Source: the human T2T-CHM13v2.0 reference genome, Homo sapiens. From it: a DNA stretch of 64,000 nucleotides. The stretch's first letter is position 1. The number at the start of each line of letters is the position of its first letter. Where the stretch lies: assembly GCF_009914755.1 (NCBI RefSeq), contig NC_060925.1, one strand, 5' to 3'. The notes beneath the pieces were generated by a model that saw only the letters and a list, made by a program, of their open reading frames with translations, did no database searches and had not been told where the DNA came from. Shown here piece by piece: positions 37,673-51,574 of the stretch. The position numbers and the translations under genes were made by a program.

Positions 37673-37843
37673 GAAATTATTTCCTAACTAGTGTTTTATT
37701 TCTGCTTCTATTGAGTTTTAGCCTAAGTCTCAATCGTTGAGTGCAAAATTAGCATTATTGCATAGTGGCAAGGACATGGAGTCACACAGGAGCTAGTTGA
37801 ATCCTGGGTCATCAAGAATTTCAGGGCCATGCATGGTGGCTCA

Positions 37844-38155
<312 letters not shown>

Positions 38156-38843
38156 TTAATAACATCTATCTCCATGTAAGATTTTTTTTAGAATTAAGTA
38201 AGATAATATGTAAAGTGTCTAGTACATTGCTAGGATCCCAGGTGTTTGAGAAATTGCATCTAGCAATTTTTCTTGTTAGCAAAGAGCGCCCACCTCCATC
38301 TGTTCTAAACTCCTCTTGTTTCTTGAATGTATTTGCTGTCTTTTGTCTCTGGGGCTTTGTATTAACTGTTATCTTTTGGCATCCAACCTCCTACCCCTCT
38401 TTACCTCACTAATTTTATACATCCTTTAGATCCCTGCTATAGTTACTCCCCCTGGAGGGGGCTTTCCCTAACCCCCACCCCCCCAGTCTCTATAGCAGTC
38501 TGTATTTCTATCACTGCATTTATCACACCACTTTGGAATCATCTGTCTCCTGTATAAACTTCATTGAGGTAGTGTCTTGTTCACTGCCATATTCCTAGGG
38601 ACAAGTAAAGTTCCCTGTATATTGTAGGAGCTAAGTGTTGAATGAATGAATGGTGGCTGCTATTATTGCTTCACCTTCACCCTCCAAGAGTAATCTCCCC
38701 ATTCTGGTTTATAGTTTCTGTGCTCACTGCTTGTGATAATCGTAAGTATATATTGTTGAGAACAGTGCCTGTTTTCTCTTTCCCTGAAAACACATACTTT
38801 GACGTTGGCTGACATAGTTCACTCAGCTGTTCCTAACCACTGA

Positions 38844-39540
<697 letters not shown>

Positions 39541-39979
39541 TTAACTGGGCATGGTGGTGTGTGTCTGTAGTCCCTGAGAGTGCCTGAGAGAAAAGGATTG
39601 CTTGAAGCCCAGGAGCTTGAGGCTGTGATGAGCAATGATTGTGCCACTGCACTCCAGCCTGGGCAACAGGGCGAGACCCTGTCTCAAAAAACAAACAGAC
39701 AAAACAAAAACTGGACTGAAATTCAGGAAACCTGAGTTCTAATACTAGCTTTGCAACTTGGTGTCAAAGGACCTTCCTAATTCTGAAATCTTCTGGAATT
39801 TTTTTTTTTTAAGACTCAAATTTAGTATTACAGTTTTCTGGATTCTTGATGCAGTGTGGCTGTACAAATTTATTCAGTTACTTTGATTCAGATACTCAAA
39901 AACCTTGGAATCATCTTTTACTTTTTTCTCTCTCACCCCATATTCAGTCTATCAGCAAATCCCATAGGTTCTGCATATA

Positions 39980-40322
39980 CAGTTGTCCTTGGTATTCATG
40001 AGGGATTAGTTCCAGGACCCTCTCTGGATACCAAAATCCACAGATGCTCACGTTCCTTATATAAAATGCCATAGTGTTTGCATAACCTGTGCACATCCTT
40101 CCATATACTTTAAATCATCTCTAGATTACTTATGATAACTAATACAGTATAAATGCTATGCAAATAGTTGTTATACTGTATTGTTTAGGAAATAATGACA
40201 AGGAAAAATGTCTATACATGTTCGATACAGATGGAACCATTCATTTTTCTTCTTTGAATATTTTTGACCCATGGTTGGTTAAATCCATGGATGTAGAACC
40301 CATGGATATGGAGGGTCAGCTG
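39980..40322. mobile_element. MER2-like (Tigger family) non-autonomous DNA transposon inserted in an L2 remnant
   Basis: TA target duplication; degenerate terminal inverted repeats cagttgtccttggtattcatg / catggatatggagggtcagctg; internal tactttaaatcatctctagattactt. Confidence 0.85.
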
Positions 40323-41684
40323 TATATCCAAAGCCTAACTATTTCTCATCATTTGACCTGGATTGTTGCAAGTCTCCTAAATGCCCTCCCTGCTTCTGCC
40401 CTTGCCAGTGCACTGTTCACAACTCAGCAGCCAAAGAAAGAGATTCTTTTAAAGCATAAATCACATTTGCTCAATATTTCCCAGTGGCTTCCCATCTCAC
40501 ATCTTCCCATTCTCGTAATCCCCTACAAAGGCCTATATGCTTTGGCCTATGCTCACCGACCTCATCTCCTAATACTCTTCCTCTTGCTTCAGGGCCTTTA
40601 CAGTCATATTCCCTCTGTAGTTGTCAAAATCATAGCATTTCTCAGAAGGAAAGGCAGTGTAGTGTAATTGTTAATAGATAAATTCTGGAGTCAGATGTGA
40701 ATTCAAATCCAGTTCTGCTTACTCTACTCTATGACCTTGGGTAAATTATTAACCTGAGGCTCAATCAATTTCCTTACCTATACAAGGACTTAGTGAAAAT
40801 ACTAGTAGGATTGTCACAGTATTAAGTGAGGAGAGGTATTTAAAGAATTCAGCAAGTACTTGCATATAGGGATAGATAAATGTCAGGTACTGTTACAGTT
40901 ATTTTCAACCCTGGCGACTACTCATAATTACCTGTGGAGATATCTAAAAATACAGATGTTTGTATCCTGATTCCAGGTATTCTAAGTCATTAAGTCTGGG
41001 AGGAGGGAGAGGCCAAGAATCCATATCTGTATTTGTTTTTTCTTTTTCTTTTTTTAAATTTTAGAATGCGTATCTTCAGAAAGCTTCCTAGATTATTAGG
41101 AGCACTTTCAGAGTCAAAAATGGGATCAGATTATCTCAGAGCGTCTTGCTCAGAACTGCAGCCCAGCACATAACTAAATGAGACTTTTAAGAAATTTTAC
41201 TGTGAGTCTGTGCTGTTAATTTTTCAGTCTCTAAACTCACATGATGACTTACCTTTCTGGGAATTTATTCTAATTTTAACTGCTGTGTCCTGAGCAACCT
41301 TGAGCTGTGTCAGACAATGAGGTCCTTTTGGAGGTACAGGTGTGATGCAAACAATAAAATATAGATCCTATCCTAAATTCTTCTGGAGGAATAAAATGGT
41401 TTTTTTTTTCTCCCCTACTTAAACATTATTCTACATTAGTTTTCCTTAGAATATTGTGTATATGGCACATATCACCATAATACCTATGGGAATTAGGTGG
41501 CTTTGGGAGTTGGAAAGAAATAGCACTTACGGTGTGGTGTTCATATAAATGAAATAGTATAAAATTTCTAAAATTGTGAGAATTGAAATATAAAATTAAT
41601 ATCTGATTTCCAAAAGTAAAGATCTTCTTAAAATTGTTGTGCTGGCCTTTTTTTGTGTACAAATAGCCATTCTAGTTGAAATAG

Positions 41685-41831
<147 letters not shown>

Positions 41832-43091
41832 TTTGTGTCATCCCATCAGCAATGAAGGTCCCTATCCAGGGTCCTGCTTGGAGCAGCATTTCATGTTCTT
41901 TTGCTGTTTTGTGCTTTGCCGATTTTGGATTTTATTTTTCACAAAATTTTTATTTAAAAAACTCGTCACCTTTTGGAAATGCCCATTGCCGACTTGAATT
42001 TTTTTGTATGAAGTCCCTCCTGATTTTGTGTGTGTGTGTCTGTGTTTAAGCAAGCGTTCGGTTGGTATCGTTTTTTTTTGTTTTTTTAATTTAAATTGAA
42101 GGTAGCTGCCTCCTGAAAGCCAGCATTAAGCCAGAACACCCAGGTTCAAGCAAAAGACCCACCTCTCTGCAGAGGCAAAGTCTACTTTCTGGTACCTCAA
42201 AGAAATCATTGTTCAATCTTCCATAAGGAAGAGATTCTTTACCAGGCTGTGAGCCAGTGTTAGATAACTTGTGAATGGATATAAGTTACTTTTAACAACC
42301 CCTCTTACTTTTTTATTTGAATCCTCTGAATACCTGTCAGTATTTTAAAGTTGGCAATCCAGGACATTATAAGTAGGATGGAGCAGGAGAAGAATCCTAT
42401 TGAAAGGACAAATTAAAATAGTAAATCCTCTCCTCTCCCTTCTGTAGGTACTAGCTGCCTTGATTTTTTTTTGTGGGTGGGGGGGATTTTTTCATTCCTT
42501 ATTGAACTTATTTTGCACAATAGTGTTTACAAATCTTATACATCTTACTTTGACAGAAGACTTATAATACCTTGTGGTCTTGAGACTGGTTGTCTCCTTT
42601 GCCTTTCTTCAAGGATTTTCCTTTTTCTTTTTACCCCCCAGTGACCACTCTGCTCTTTAGGATTCTAGTGGCAGTATTCTTGTAACCTGTTAGACGTGGA
42701 TATACCTCTTCAGGATGGCCTCCTTGCTGTCTTTATTGAAGAGCTGCCCACCCAGAGTCTTGACTCTAGGGCAGGCTAGTGCTATTGTGGTGTCAGTTGA
42801 TATTTAGTTTCATTTGCTGAACCCCAAATTTGAGTGTTAGTTAGGGAGCCTCCATTCTGTGGGAGAGTGTGGAAAGGCACTCTTTTTTCTCCATATTAGT
42901 TAACAAGAGGTGTCTTTAGGCCCTGGATGTTACCATCTCATTTGGTCAAGCCCCTGATACCTAGTTTCACATGGATGCTAACGTGGATGTAATATAGTTG
43001 TGACAGCCTATGCACAAAAGCATTACCTGATCTTAAGGTTTGGTATTCTAACCAAAGTTGACAGACTGTGCGTCTGTCTTAATGGATGTCT

Positions 43092-43403
43092 TAGGAGTTG
43101 GTTATTCTCTCTTTTTTTTTGAGACGGAGTTTCGCTGTTGTTGCCCAGGCTGGAGTGCAATGGCGTATCTCCACTCACCACAACCTCCGCCTCCTGGGTT
43201 CAAGGGATTCTCCTGTCTTAGCCTCCTGAGTAGCTGTGATTACAGGCATGCGCCACCATGCCTGGCTAATTTCATATTTTTTAGTAGAGACAGGATTTCT
43301 CCATGTTGGTCAGGCTGGTCTTGAACTCCTGACCTCAGGTGATCTGCCCACCTCGGCCTCCTAAAGTGCTGGGATTACAGGCATGAGCCACTGCACCTGG
43401 CCG
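43092..43403 (-). mobile_element. Antisense Alu in the S100PBP 3'UTR
   Basis: Full dimer; TSD gttattctctcttt. Confidence 0.94.
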
Positions 43404-44645
43404 GTTATTCTCTCTTTACAGATAGCTATAGACATCATTTTAGGAAGTGTTGCAGTCTGGCATTTGTGCTATTGTTCATTCTCTGTGAAGGCTGTTCATA
43501 GTTGCTATAGCCTGTGTTTAGTTTTGTGATTTCATCAATCCCATCTTTCTGTGTGAGTAATGCATTCTAAACATCCTACCCCACTTTAGAAACGGACGTG
43601 GGGAACGCTTGGTCATTTAAGCCAACAATAAATTTAGGTGAATGTCCCTAAGTGTTTACTGTTTTTATCCAGTCAAGGATTTGCTTTTCCTTGAACATTT
43701 GTTTTAAATTCTGGGGCCAAAATGCAAAGGAGAAGTTCTATTCAAAGGCAGTAGTTGAAATCTATTATTTTAGTTAGCCTACTTGGCATTTACTACATCG
43801 GTCACTTCTCCAGGCTGCCCTAAATTAGGTTGATGGAGTGAGACATGCCAAACATCCACCTTTGGGACCATAGCATAGTTAAAATTAAATGTAGTTGGAA
43901 TAGCTAGCATTGCAGCTACAGTAGGGAACTGTAGTCTAGTTCCCTACAGAAAACCCAAGGAGTGAAGGGACAGGATTTTGCCTAGGCAAAAATCTAAGAC
44001 TCGTGCCCTCCTGGTACATGGGGTTTTAAGACTGAATGTGTAATAGGAGCACTGCCTTTGCCAAATCAAATGAGTGACAGGTTAACTAGAAAATGTGACA
44101 ATCACATTTCCTCTTAGCTCAAATAATTCTGTTTTTCCAAAGCTTTAGCAGCTTAATTAAATCTGTTGGACTGGGGGAGGAGAGAGCTGTTCTCTAGTGG
44201 TTAACATGGTATTCTTTAAGAAGAAAAAACAAAGCCAAAGAAAACTCATTATCTGGCATGTTCGCCTTAAAGATGGTACTGGGTAGAATCTGGAGTTTTC
44301 ATCTCTTTTCAAAGCTGCATATCTCTCATATTTGGTATTGGCCTCTAAGTCTAATATTGCAGTTGGAATTCTTGCTGTATTATTTTTTAAGCAAGTGTTA
44401 GGTGCATTTAACTGCTTTCTTCATCCATGACGACATTCCCACCATGGGGGTCTTGACAAAGCAGAGTAAAAATATGCTGTTTACATTGTTTACTTACAAG
44501 TAAGGAGCCTGAAATAACCTGTAGTTTCGAATGCAGGCCCTGATTTACTGGCGTTGTCAGTTTCAATTATGAAACTGAAGTTTGGTGCCTCCTCTTTATC
44601 ATGTTTTTTCCCTTGTAGCAGTTGTGTTTAATGTCATTAAAAAGA

Positions 44646-44651
44646 AATAAA
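44646..44651 (+). terminator. S100PBP polyadenylation signal
   Basis: AATAAA preceded by ATTAAA and a U-rich upstream element, followed by TGTACTGTG/GTCTGT; a proximal AATAAA is also present at 43627-43632. Confidence 0.75.
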
Positions 44652-46069
44652 AGTTCTTTGTCAGTGACATATGTACTGTGGCGGTCTGTCGTAGGCTTCG
44701 ATGGAGGGTTATTTGCCTTCTTCCTTTGCGTAGGTAGGTTAGTGGGGTGGGGAGGGGGGTGGCAGTTAGTAGAATGTGGTACTGGAAAGGCGAGGGTGCT
44801 TGCTCCCTATTCTTTTGAAGGTAAATTACAGTGTTGAGAAAGGTGTTCTAGCAGTTAAGAAATGTTGAAATTGATTGGGATTTGCAGCTACATATGGTGC
44901 ATGTCAGGAGCCTGACATAGGGAGAGCCTGAAATATCATTATGCCTCAGTTTTTGCAGAGGGGGAAGATGGCTCAGCCGTGATCAGGCAGGCATTGCCTT
45001 TTATTCCTTCCCATGGCTGTGTGATTGGCCTCCCTATCTCTGCTTCTCCAGAGCTAGCATTGATTGTGGAAGAAGCCATGCTATCCAAGAGCATTCTCTC
45101 TTTGAAGGGGATGTAAGAAACCAGAATCAGTGGTACAGAATTGATGGTTGTTCATAACCCAGTTTCTCCAGAAACTGCGGCTTCTAAAAACTGGGTGAAG
45201 GTTGGATAAGCGTGGGTAGATGTGGGAGACACAGTGTTCCTTAGATCCCTTTCGTGAACCAAAGCTTCTTAGACTTACCCCCAGAAGCAAGGAAAAAAGG
45301 GAAGGCAATAATAACTTGTCACCTATATTAGCCAGTGCTTTAAAAATCTGAGTTCATGCTGAGAAAACAAGTAGCAACATGTTTAGCCATGCTATCTGGC
45401 CTGCTGTGCTATAAGTTTTGTCTATAAATTCTAGACAAAATATAATATTGAGTCCATGCAAAAGACTCAATATAAGTTTGCTAAGTACTCAGCAACTTGA
45501 CATTCTTGTCTCAATCTGAGGCACTCTCCTTAACCTATGCATATCTGTTTTGTTCCTATCAGGTGTAGATAGGATCTTTTGTCCATTTTACATTACGGAA
45601 AAGTGAAGAGGAAAAGGAGAGATGGACCTTCTCCAAGAGGAAGGGGGTCATTCTCTAATTAGCCTATTTTGAGCTTTTATAGGAAGAAAAAACCCAACCA
45701 CCTAAAGCTAGAAAGTGGAGTTCCCTGCTTCTCTTAGTAATGTTCTGCTTTTCTAAGAGAAAACAATTATTCCTAAGCTGATTTTAGTGTATGCTTGCTT
45801 TGTATGCCAGAGCACCTGTCAGGGAAAAAAAAAAAAAAAATTCCACTTGTCACAGGAAGTATCAGCTGGTCAGTGGTGGAATTCCTAAATGAATAGGCTC
45901 CTGCCTTGTCCTTCCTCCCCACCTGTCCTCCCCCTGTGACAACTGGGACATGCCATAGACGGAAAATCTGGCCCTTCCCAGCACCCATTGAAAGGGGGTG
46001 GAATATAATATTTTGGATAACCTTTAAAGCAGTCTAAGTGATAGTCCTGAAATATATCACTAAGGAACT

Positions 46070-46360
46070 ATTTGTTTTGAGACAGCGTCTCACTCTCTTG
46101 CCCAGGCTGGAGTGCAATGGCGCGATCTTGGCTCACTGCAACCTCTACCTCCTGGGTTCAAGTGATTTTCATGTCTCAGCCTCCTGAGTAGCTGGGATTA
46201 CAGGTGTGCGCCAACACACCTAGTTAATTTTTGTATTTTTAGTAGAGACAGGGTTTCACCATGTTGGCCAGGCTGGTCTTGAACTCCTGGCCTCAAGTGA
46301 TCTGCCCCACCTTGGCCTCCCAAAGTGTTGGGGTTATAGGCGTGAGCCACTGCACCTGGT
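46070..46360 (-). mobile_element. Alu (intergenic)
   Basis: Full dimer; TSD aggaactatttg. Confidence 0.93.
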
Positions 46361-48059
46361 TAGGAACTATTTGTGTACAGTTTTCCTTCAACTTAACTTC
46401 AAGTCACATTTGAAGGTTTGGTAATATTTTGTATGGATGGAGCTTGATGGAGCTGGGCAAGGGAGGAGGGTGAGCAGGGTGTCCCATTTATAGAAGCAAT
46501 TTGTTCTTGGAGGCTACTTAAATGCACATTCCAGTAACCATCAAATAGGTTTAAAGAGAGTCAGAAATCTAAAGCTCATGTTAATGGGTTGGTGAGATTT
46601 TGCACATTTTTGTAAAGGGTTGAACCAAAACTCTTAAAAATGCATTCTTGAGAAGGCCCATTCTGAAAAACTAGGGGACAAGAGTAGGAGGAGAAAAGGA
46701 CTCTTGCCTCATAGAAACACTCACCAGTCTGTCTTCCTTCCCTCAGACCCTGAGGTTTCCCTCGTGCTCCTAGGAGGATGCACCTTGGCTCCTATTGTAG
46801 GAAGTAGGTAGAGTCTGGGAATCTTCTAAATTCTGTTTTTGGCAGATAAGGACACCACGACCTAACCTCAGAGAATTAACTTGCCTGAGGTGTTAGGTGA
46901 TTACAAGGCAGGGTCTCCTGTCTCTCAGACCAGCATTTCTCCCACAGGCCTGTGGTAGTCTCCAAGTGAGGTCTCTTGGTCTCAAAGACCTGCCTGTGCC
47001 TTTCCACAGTTGTGAGAAAATGTCCATGGATCTATGTGATGGTGGTGAAAGGATCACATCCCAAGTCTAGCTGTGTAGGGTTCGACTTTGCAACTACAGT
47101 GGATTCAGGGAAGGCTCAATTGTTATACAATTGGGAGTTTAGGGAGGTAATTAAAGGGAATGGAGTTTTATCTAAGCCAAGAGTGTTACCTCCTTTTCTC
47201 TCATACCCTTTATGATGTACCACAGGCACAGATTAAGTTGAAGACTGGAAACCCCCATTAGCAGAGCTCCCTGAGCCCCACTGACTATACTATACCTAGT
47301 GCTGATTTGGGGGCTTTTCCATCATTTGGCACTAGATGGGTACAGAGGGCCTAGGAAGTACCTCTCTGAGGTTTGGCTTAGAGTCGGTGTGCAACTCAAG
47401 TTTCCTACTTTGCTGTGCAGCCTCTAAACCTTCTTTCCCTCTGCTTTCAAAACCTACAGCAGTCAACTCTAAGCCCTGCTCACCGGACATTTTCTCTCCA
47501 AGCTTCTTCCTGGCTCTGGACAGGAATGTTCGAGGTACCCCATTTACTGGTTTTTGCTCCTTGGCTAATGTCATCATTACTCTTTCAGCCTACTGTTGGG
47601 ATCATAATGGTGTTCCTTTAACAGCCTAGAACAGCACGCTGTGAATACTGAGCTGCAGAAAGCAGCTTTTGCTGTTCCCCTTCACTTCCTTCCTTACCCT
47701 GGGGAGAAACAAGAATTGTATTCCTTTGGCCAGGAAAAGCACCCAGCCCCATCCAGAGGGGAAAACCCTTTGTTTTAAAAACTAAGTACCAGCCTGCATA
47801 CCTATCTAGTGAGGCAGCCCAAGCTTGGTTTGGGGGAGCCTCAGTAATAGGATGATGGAGCAGCTATTTTCTTCTCCTACACGTGCACCCCCATCTGTTT
47901 GAGATTTCCCTTCCAACTCCAGCTTGGCTGGCAGGCATGTCCCTAAGAAGCTGCAGGCCAAAATGGAGAGAAACTGACTCCCTCCTCCACACATCCTGAC
48001 TTGCTGCCAATTGCCAGAAAAAGAGGGCAACATTTGGGCATTTACCAGAAGACAAGGAT

Positions 48060-50086
48060 GTGCCTTTTCATTTGTCTTTTTATTTTACATTTAAAAAGTG
48101 GTTATTGCTCTAAGTGGATCAGAGGTAAGGACCTCTCCCCTAAGGAGCCTTGGCCTTGCAGCCCCATTCAGCAGGGATGGAAGTCACAAGACAATGAGTG
48201 GAGCCTCATGCCCTCCCATGAGGAAGCCCTTAGTATTGCTGACATCTGCCCTTTATCCTGTCTCTCCTCCCCAGTGCTGTCACACTTGGGCAAAGCAGAG
48301 TGGTGGCAGACCCAGCCTTGAGAGCTCTTGTAGACCGGAAGGAAGGGGCGGTCATTGGGTGATGGCTTCTGGCTCTCTGGCTTGGGGACCAATGCTCTTA
48401 TCATTCATTTCAACAAATATTTACTGAGTACCAGGCTTGCACTAGGTGTGGTTCTCCCACACCCATCCTTGACCACCAATGGAAGATGCAGATGTCCACC
48501 TCTTCCCATGCAGGCATCTGGCAGCCGTAACTCGTCAGTCCTAGGGAAGAGTCTACCTTCCCTCATCAAGCACCATTTTTTTAAACCAGAAAGGGGCAGT
48601 GGAGAGAGAGACCTGTCACCTCACACCACTCAGGCTCTAAGGAAGGACATGAGGACCCTGGGTAACTTTCATGGAACCCTGGATGAGATGGCAAGATATG
48701 AAGACCCCAGAGGCCAGTGGTGATAGCCAGAGCTGCTCTTCCTGTCCGTGGTGAATGGCTCAGGCCTGCCTTCCAGCAGCTTCTACTCCAGAAGGGGTGT
48801 TTTGGTAGCCCCCAGAATGCCAGCTGTGATGTGACTTTTCAGTTGTCCAAGCTAGCATTTCTGAAACTCCAAGAGATACTTCCTAAATAAATTGGACCAG
48901 TACCTTCCAAACTGATGATCTTTCAGTCATAAGGGTCAAAGAAGATAGAGGATGCAGGCAACCAGCTCAGTCTTCGGGGGAATTTCTCTGCCCTCTAGAA
49001 TGCAGCCTTCTGATTTTTGTTTTCCAAAAGAGACAAACCAGGTAACATCTTACACGCTTGCAAAAGTGTGCATCACACCACAAACATGTCCTTGATGGCT
49101 GGATCCAGAAAAGGCTTGATGGCAGCCATGATCCTGCCTGGCAGGCAGCCCCACAGCTTCTCTGATGTTCCTTGGTCTGAAAGACACAGCTTGAGTCAGT
49201 CCTTGTGCTTGTCATCTCCCAGGGCTTTGTGCATTTTCTCAAAGAGGAAGCCAGTCCAGGAGAGGCGAGGAGGCAGAAGGCTGTGTCTCATGCAGCTTTG
49301 CCTTTTCCAGAATGGGGCCAGGCCTTTTAGTTTTGTGGCTTATTTTTATTTTTTTGCAGAATTTGGGTTTGTAGTGCAGCCTCCTTCATCTGACTAGGAC
49401 AAGGAGAAGAGAGAACTGTGCAGCTAGCTGTGCCTCCTCCCCACTGCTGCAGTTGTCCCTCTCCCTGTGCCCGTGGGCCTGGGGACCAGCTGAGAAGAAA
49501 AATGGAATCCTTCTCCCTGCAGACAGGCAGTCACGCTTCAATGATGTTCACTGAGGGCTTGTTTGGAAACTGGGAGGAAAAAAATGAGAGAAGCAGCCAG
49601 GCCTAATTGTGAATAGCCTTCTTGCAAGGCTGGAAACAGGACAGAAGAAGGAAGGGAGCAGCAGCAGGGCTGTAGCCTAAATAAGCCAAGCTCTTGTCCC
49701 TTGTGGAAAGAAAAGAGAAGCCCTGCCTGGATGTCTTGTCTTTTTGCCTTTTCAAACCCAGCCTTCAGCCTCACTCAACTGAATGGCCAAGACTGGGTCC
49801 TGGGCCCATGGCCCCTGGCACCCAGTCTACCCCCAGCAGTCATCCCTCTGAGTGCAGCCTCAGCCACTGACATTGTTGAGGTGCTTCTGGAGATGGGAGT
49901 TAATAAGAGGCTTCAGGAAAGTGCGCCAGAGAGAGGACAGTAAGCCAGAGGGTACAAGGAGATGGAGGGAAGAGATGTAGAGAGGGCCAGATGTTTGTTG
50001 GATAATCATCATCAGAACCATGAGATCCTCTCACATTCTCTACTGTCTGTCTTCTTAGCTGCTGAGGGCAAGCACTGAAAAGGTTT
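48060..50086 (-). other. FNDC5: FNDC5 3'UTR (~2 kb)
   Basis: Repeat-poor sequence between TGA (50089-50087) and the poly(A) signal. Confidence 0.8.
48079..48084 (-). terminator. FNDC5 polyadenylation signal
   Basis: Minus strand tgtaaAATAAAaag followed by a ccttgtcttctgg U/GU-rich element. Confidence 0.75.
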
Positions 50087-50092
50087 TCATAT
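50087..50092 (-). CDS. FNDC5: FNDC5 exon 6 coding part (final Ile plus stop)
   Basis: aaacag|ATA TGA completes the known ...LLRSKI* C-terminus. Confidence 0.9.
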   Translation of the reverse strand: M

Positions 50093-50456
50093 CTGTTTTA
50101 CAGAAGAGGAAATGAAGGTACAGCGGTAAAGCACCTGCCCAAGGTCACAAGGCACAGCAGGAGCAGGAATGGGCCAGACACCCCACTCCTATTGTCCCGC
50201 GCCAACCAAGAATTCTGCCCTCCCCACTCACTGCTTTTTTTTTTTTTTCTTCAAATCACCACTGGCCCCTGGCACCCTGCAAAAGGAGAGGATCCAAAAT
50301 CAACTTGCAGTGTCCCTGTGTCACACAGGCAGCAGCCAAGTCTGGCTCTGCCCAGCTGTCGCCATGCCAGTCCCCGAGCTGACCCCCTCTGCAGTCCAGG
50401 GATTACCAGAGCATGAGGCACAGGGTGGCCCACCCAGGCCCAGGTCTTGCCCTCAC

Positions 50457-50590
50457 CTTGCTGCGGAGAAGCCCCCCGCCCTGGTGCTCTGGTGTGCTGG
50501 TTTCTGATGCACTCTTGGTTTTTTCCTTGTTGTTATTGGGTTCATTGTCCTTGATGATGTCATACTGGCGGCAGAAGAGGGCAATGACAC
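50457..50590 (-). CDS. FNDC5: FNDC5 exon 5 (GVIALFCRQYD...GLLRSK; end of TM plus cytoplasmic tail)
   Basis: ccccctcag| acceptor, AAG|gtgagg donor, 134 nt, phases consistent. Confidence 0.96.
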
Positions 50591-50834
50591 CTGAGGGGGG
50601 ACAAGTGAGCAGTCAGAGGCCAGGGCCTGGGTTCCTGCCTCCCCTGCTTCTTTCCCACTAGTGCTTGCCAATGGTCTCTCCAGATTGTACCTCACCTGTA
50701 CTACTGCAGCACCCTCCCTCTGCCCTCTGGCTCCTGTTTTCACCTGTGCCCTCACCAACCACCCCTTCACTGCTGCTAGGCTGATCTTCCTACAATATGC
50801 GTCTGATCATACCTCCTCCTCTCCTTTCCTTTAA

Positions 50835-51574
<740 letters not shown>

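Larger units (their letters stand above)
41832..44670 (+). other. S100PBP: S100PBP 3'UTR (~2.8 kb, contains an antisense Alu)
   Basis: U-rich non-coding sequence from the stop codon to AATAAA at 44646 with GU-rich downstream sequence. Confidence 0.8.

Noticed and set aside
40158-40667. 169-aa ORF
   Set aside because: Spans a MER2/L2 junction; no transposase or RT motifs
45410-45500. CRISPR-like interpretation of the periodic hairpin units
   Set aside because: Human DNA, only three units, no identical repeats with unique spacers, no cas genes; kept only as a hairpin array
48742-48754. CACCACGGACAG RE1 partial match in the FNDC5 3'UTR
   Set aside because: The left TTCAG portion is entirely mismatched
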